From Gammaproteobacteria bacterium (GTDB lineage Bacteria > Pseudomonadota > Gammaproteobacteria > Poriferisulfidales > Poriferisulfidaceae), in assembly GCA_028819565.1 (NCBI GenBank), contig JAPPLD010000006.1:9299-73298 (forward strand): a stretch of 64,000 nucleotides of DNA, given 5' to 3'. Shown in pieces: positions 63,219-64,000 of the stretch. A program made the position numbers and the translations under genes. A model generated the notes under the pieces. That model had not been told where the DNA came from. It saw nothing but the letters and a program-made list of their open reading frames with translations, and did not search any database. Positions within the stretch are counted from its first letter, which is position 1. Each line of letters opens with the position of its first letter.

Positions 63219-64000
63219 ATGGCGGGTAAGGTCTACATCGAGACCCACGGGTGTCAGATGAATGAGTACGATTCCGCAAGAATGCGGGACGTGCTTCAGG
63301 GTCGACTGGGTATGACCCCGACTTCAGATGAAGCCGAGGCGGATTTGTTTCTTTTAAATACCTGCTCGGTACGCGAGAAGGCCCAGGAGAAAGTGTTCAG
63401 CCGCTTGGGTCGGCTTGCCCGCTACAAGGAATCCAGGCCCGATGTGCTGATTGGCGTCGGCGGTTGCGTGGCCAGTCAGGAGGGGGAGGCCCTGCGTCAG
63501 CGCGCGCCGCAGGTCGACCTTGTGTTCGGACCGCAGACCCTGCATCGCTTGCCGGACTTGATCATGCGGGCACGCCAGAACGGGAATGCGGTGGACGTCA
63601 GTTTCCCGGAAATCGAGAAGTTCGACTGCCTACCCGAACCTTCGGTACAGGGCGCGTCGGCATTCGTGTCGATTATGGAAGGGTGCAGCAAGTACTGTTC
63701 ATTCTGCGTGGTCCCATACACCCGCGGGGAAGAAGTCAGTCGACCCTTCGACAGCATCATCCAGGAAGTGGTGAGCTTGGTTGAACGTGGCGTTCGAGAG
63801 GTGACGTTGCTCGGACAGAACGTTAACGCCTGGAGGGACAGTTTGCACGATGGGCAGCCTGCCGACTTTGCGCTCCTCCTGCGTTATGTTTCCGCGATTG
63901 ACGGCATCGAACGGGTTCGATATACCACGTCTCACCCACGGGAATTTACTGATTCGTTGATCCAGGCGCATGCGGAAGTCGAGGAACTGGCGGCGCATGT
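63219..64000 (+). CDS. miaB: tRNA-i6A37 methylthiotransferase MiaB, 5' portion (runs off window end)
   Basis: SD AAGGAG 3 nt before the [22 protein letters not shown]…[19 protein letters not shown] (radical-SAM CxxxCxxC). Not in the ORF track because it is truncated by the window edge. Confidence 0.9.
   Translation, partial: MAGKVYIETHGCQMNEYDSARMRDVLQGRLGMTPTSDEAEADLFLLNTCSVREKAQEKVFSRLGRLARYKESRPDVLIGVGGCVASQEGEALRQRAPQVDLVFGPQTLHRLPDLIMRARQNGNAVDVSFPEIEKFDCLPEPSVQGASAFVSIMEGCSKYCSFCVVPYTRGEEVSRPFDSIIQEVVSLVERGVREVTLLGQNVNAWRDSLHDGQPADFALLLRYVSAIDGIERVRYTTSHPREFTDSLIQAHAEVEELAAH

Overview
This is a 64-kb chromosomal window from a GC-rich proteobacterium. The gene order is Pseudomonas-like (gammaproteobacterial): hemA-prfA-prmC lies divergent from TPR-lolB-ispE-tRNA-Gln-prs, and mreBCD lies divergent from gatCAB. 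Dissimilatory sulfur genes are present: aprBA with a membrane-anchor-like gene, an ETHE1-type persulfide dioxygenase, a SulP permease and monoheme cytochromes c. 

Right half (about 39.7-57.4 kb): one uninterrupted str-S10-spc-alpha ribosomal-protein supercluster runs from rpsL to rplQ. It includes secY and an rpmJ that is absent from the ORF track. It is followed by a higBA toxin-antitoxin insertion, uvrA, an MFS transporter, ssb and the 5' part of miaB.

Left half: housekeeping genes (rnd, mreBCD, gatCAB, hemA-prfA-prmC, lolB-ispE-prs, one tRNA-Gln) interspersed with low-GC accessory islets.
- Islet 1 (62-5478): an Mrr-like nuclease, then an IS1595-family element with 37-bp terminal inverted repeats and an 8-bp target-site duplication. 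The element carries a DNA methyltransferase-HNH fusion as cargo.
- Islet 2 (9080-12784): a toxin-antitoxin cluster. It holds a nucleotidyltransferase with a decayed HepT partner, a TumE/TumA-like pair with a palindrome, a DUF4143 ATPase and a pentapeptide-repeat protein.
- Islet 3 (22656-24118): an orphan Xre-DUF2384 antitoxin-like gene next to a membrane protein.
- Islet 4 (31850-36300), between prs and the apr genes: a secreted protein with an HNH-like motif flanked by 27-bp inverted repeats, then a DUF1156 Zn-ribbon adenine methyltransferase followed by a PD-(D/E)xK nuclease.

No CRISPR arrays, rRNA genes or prophage integrases were seen. Many long antisense ORFs in the track are GC-driven artefacts.
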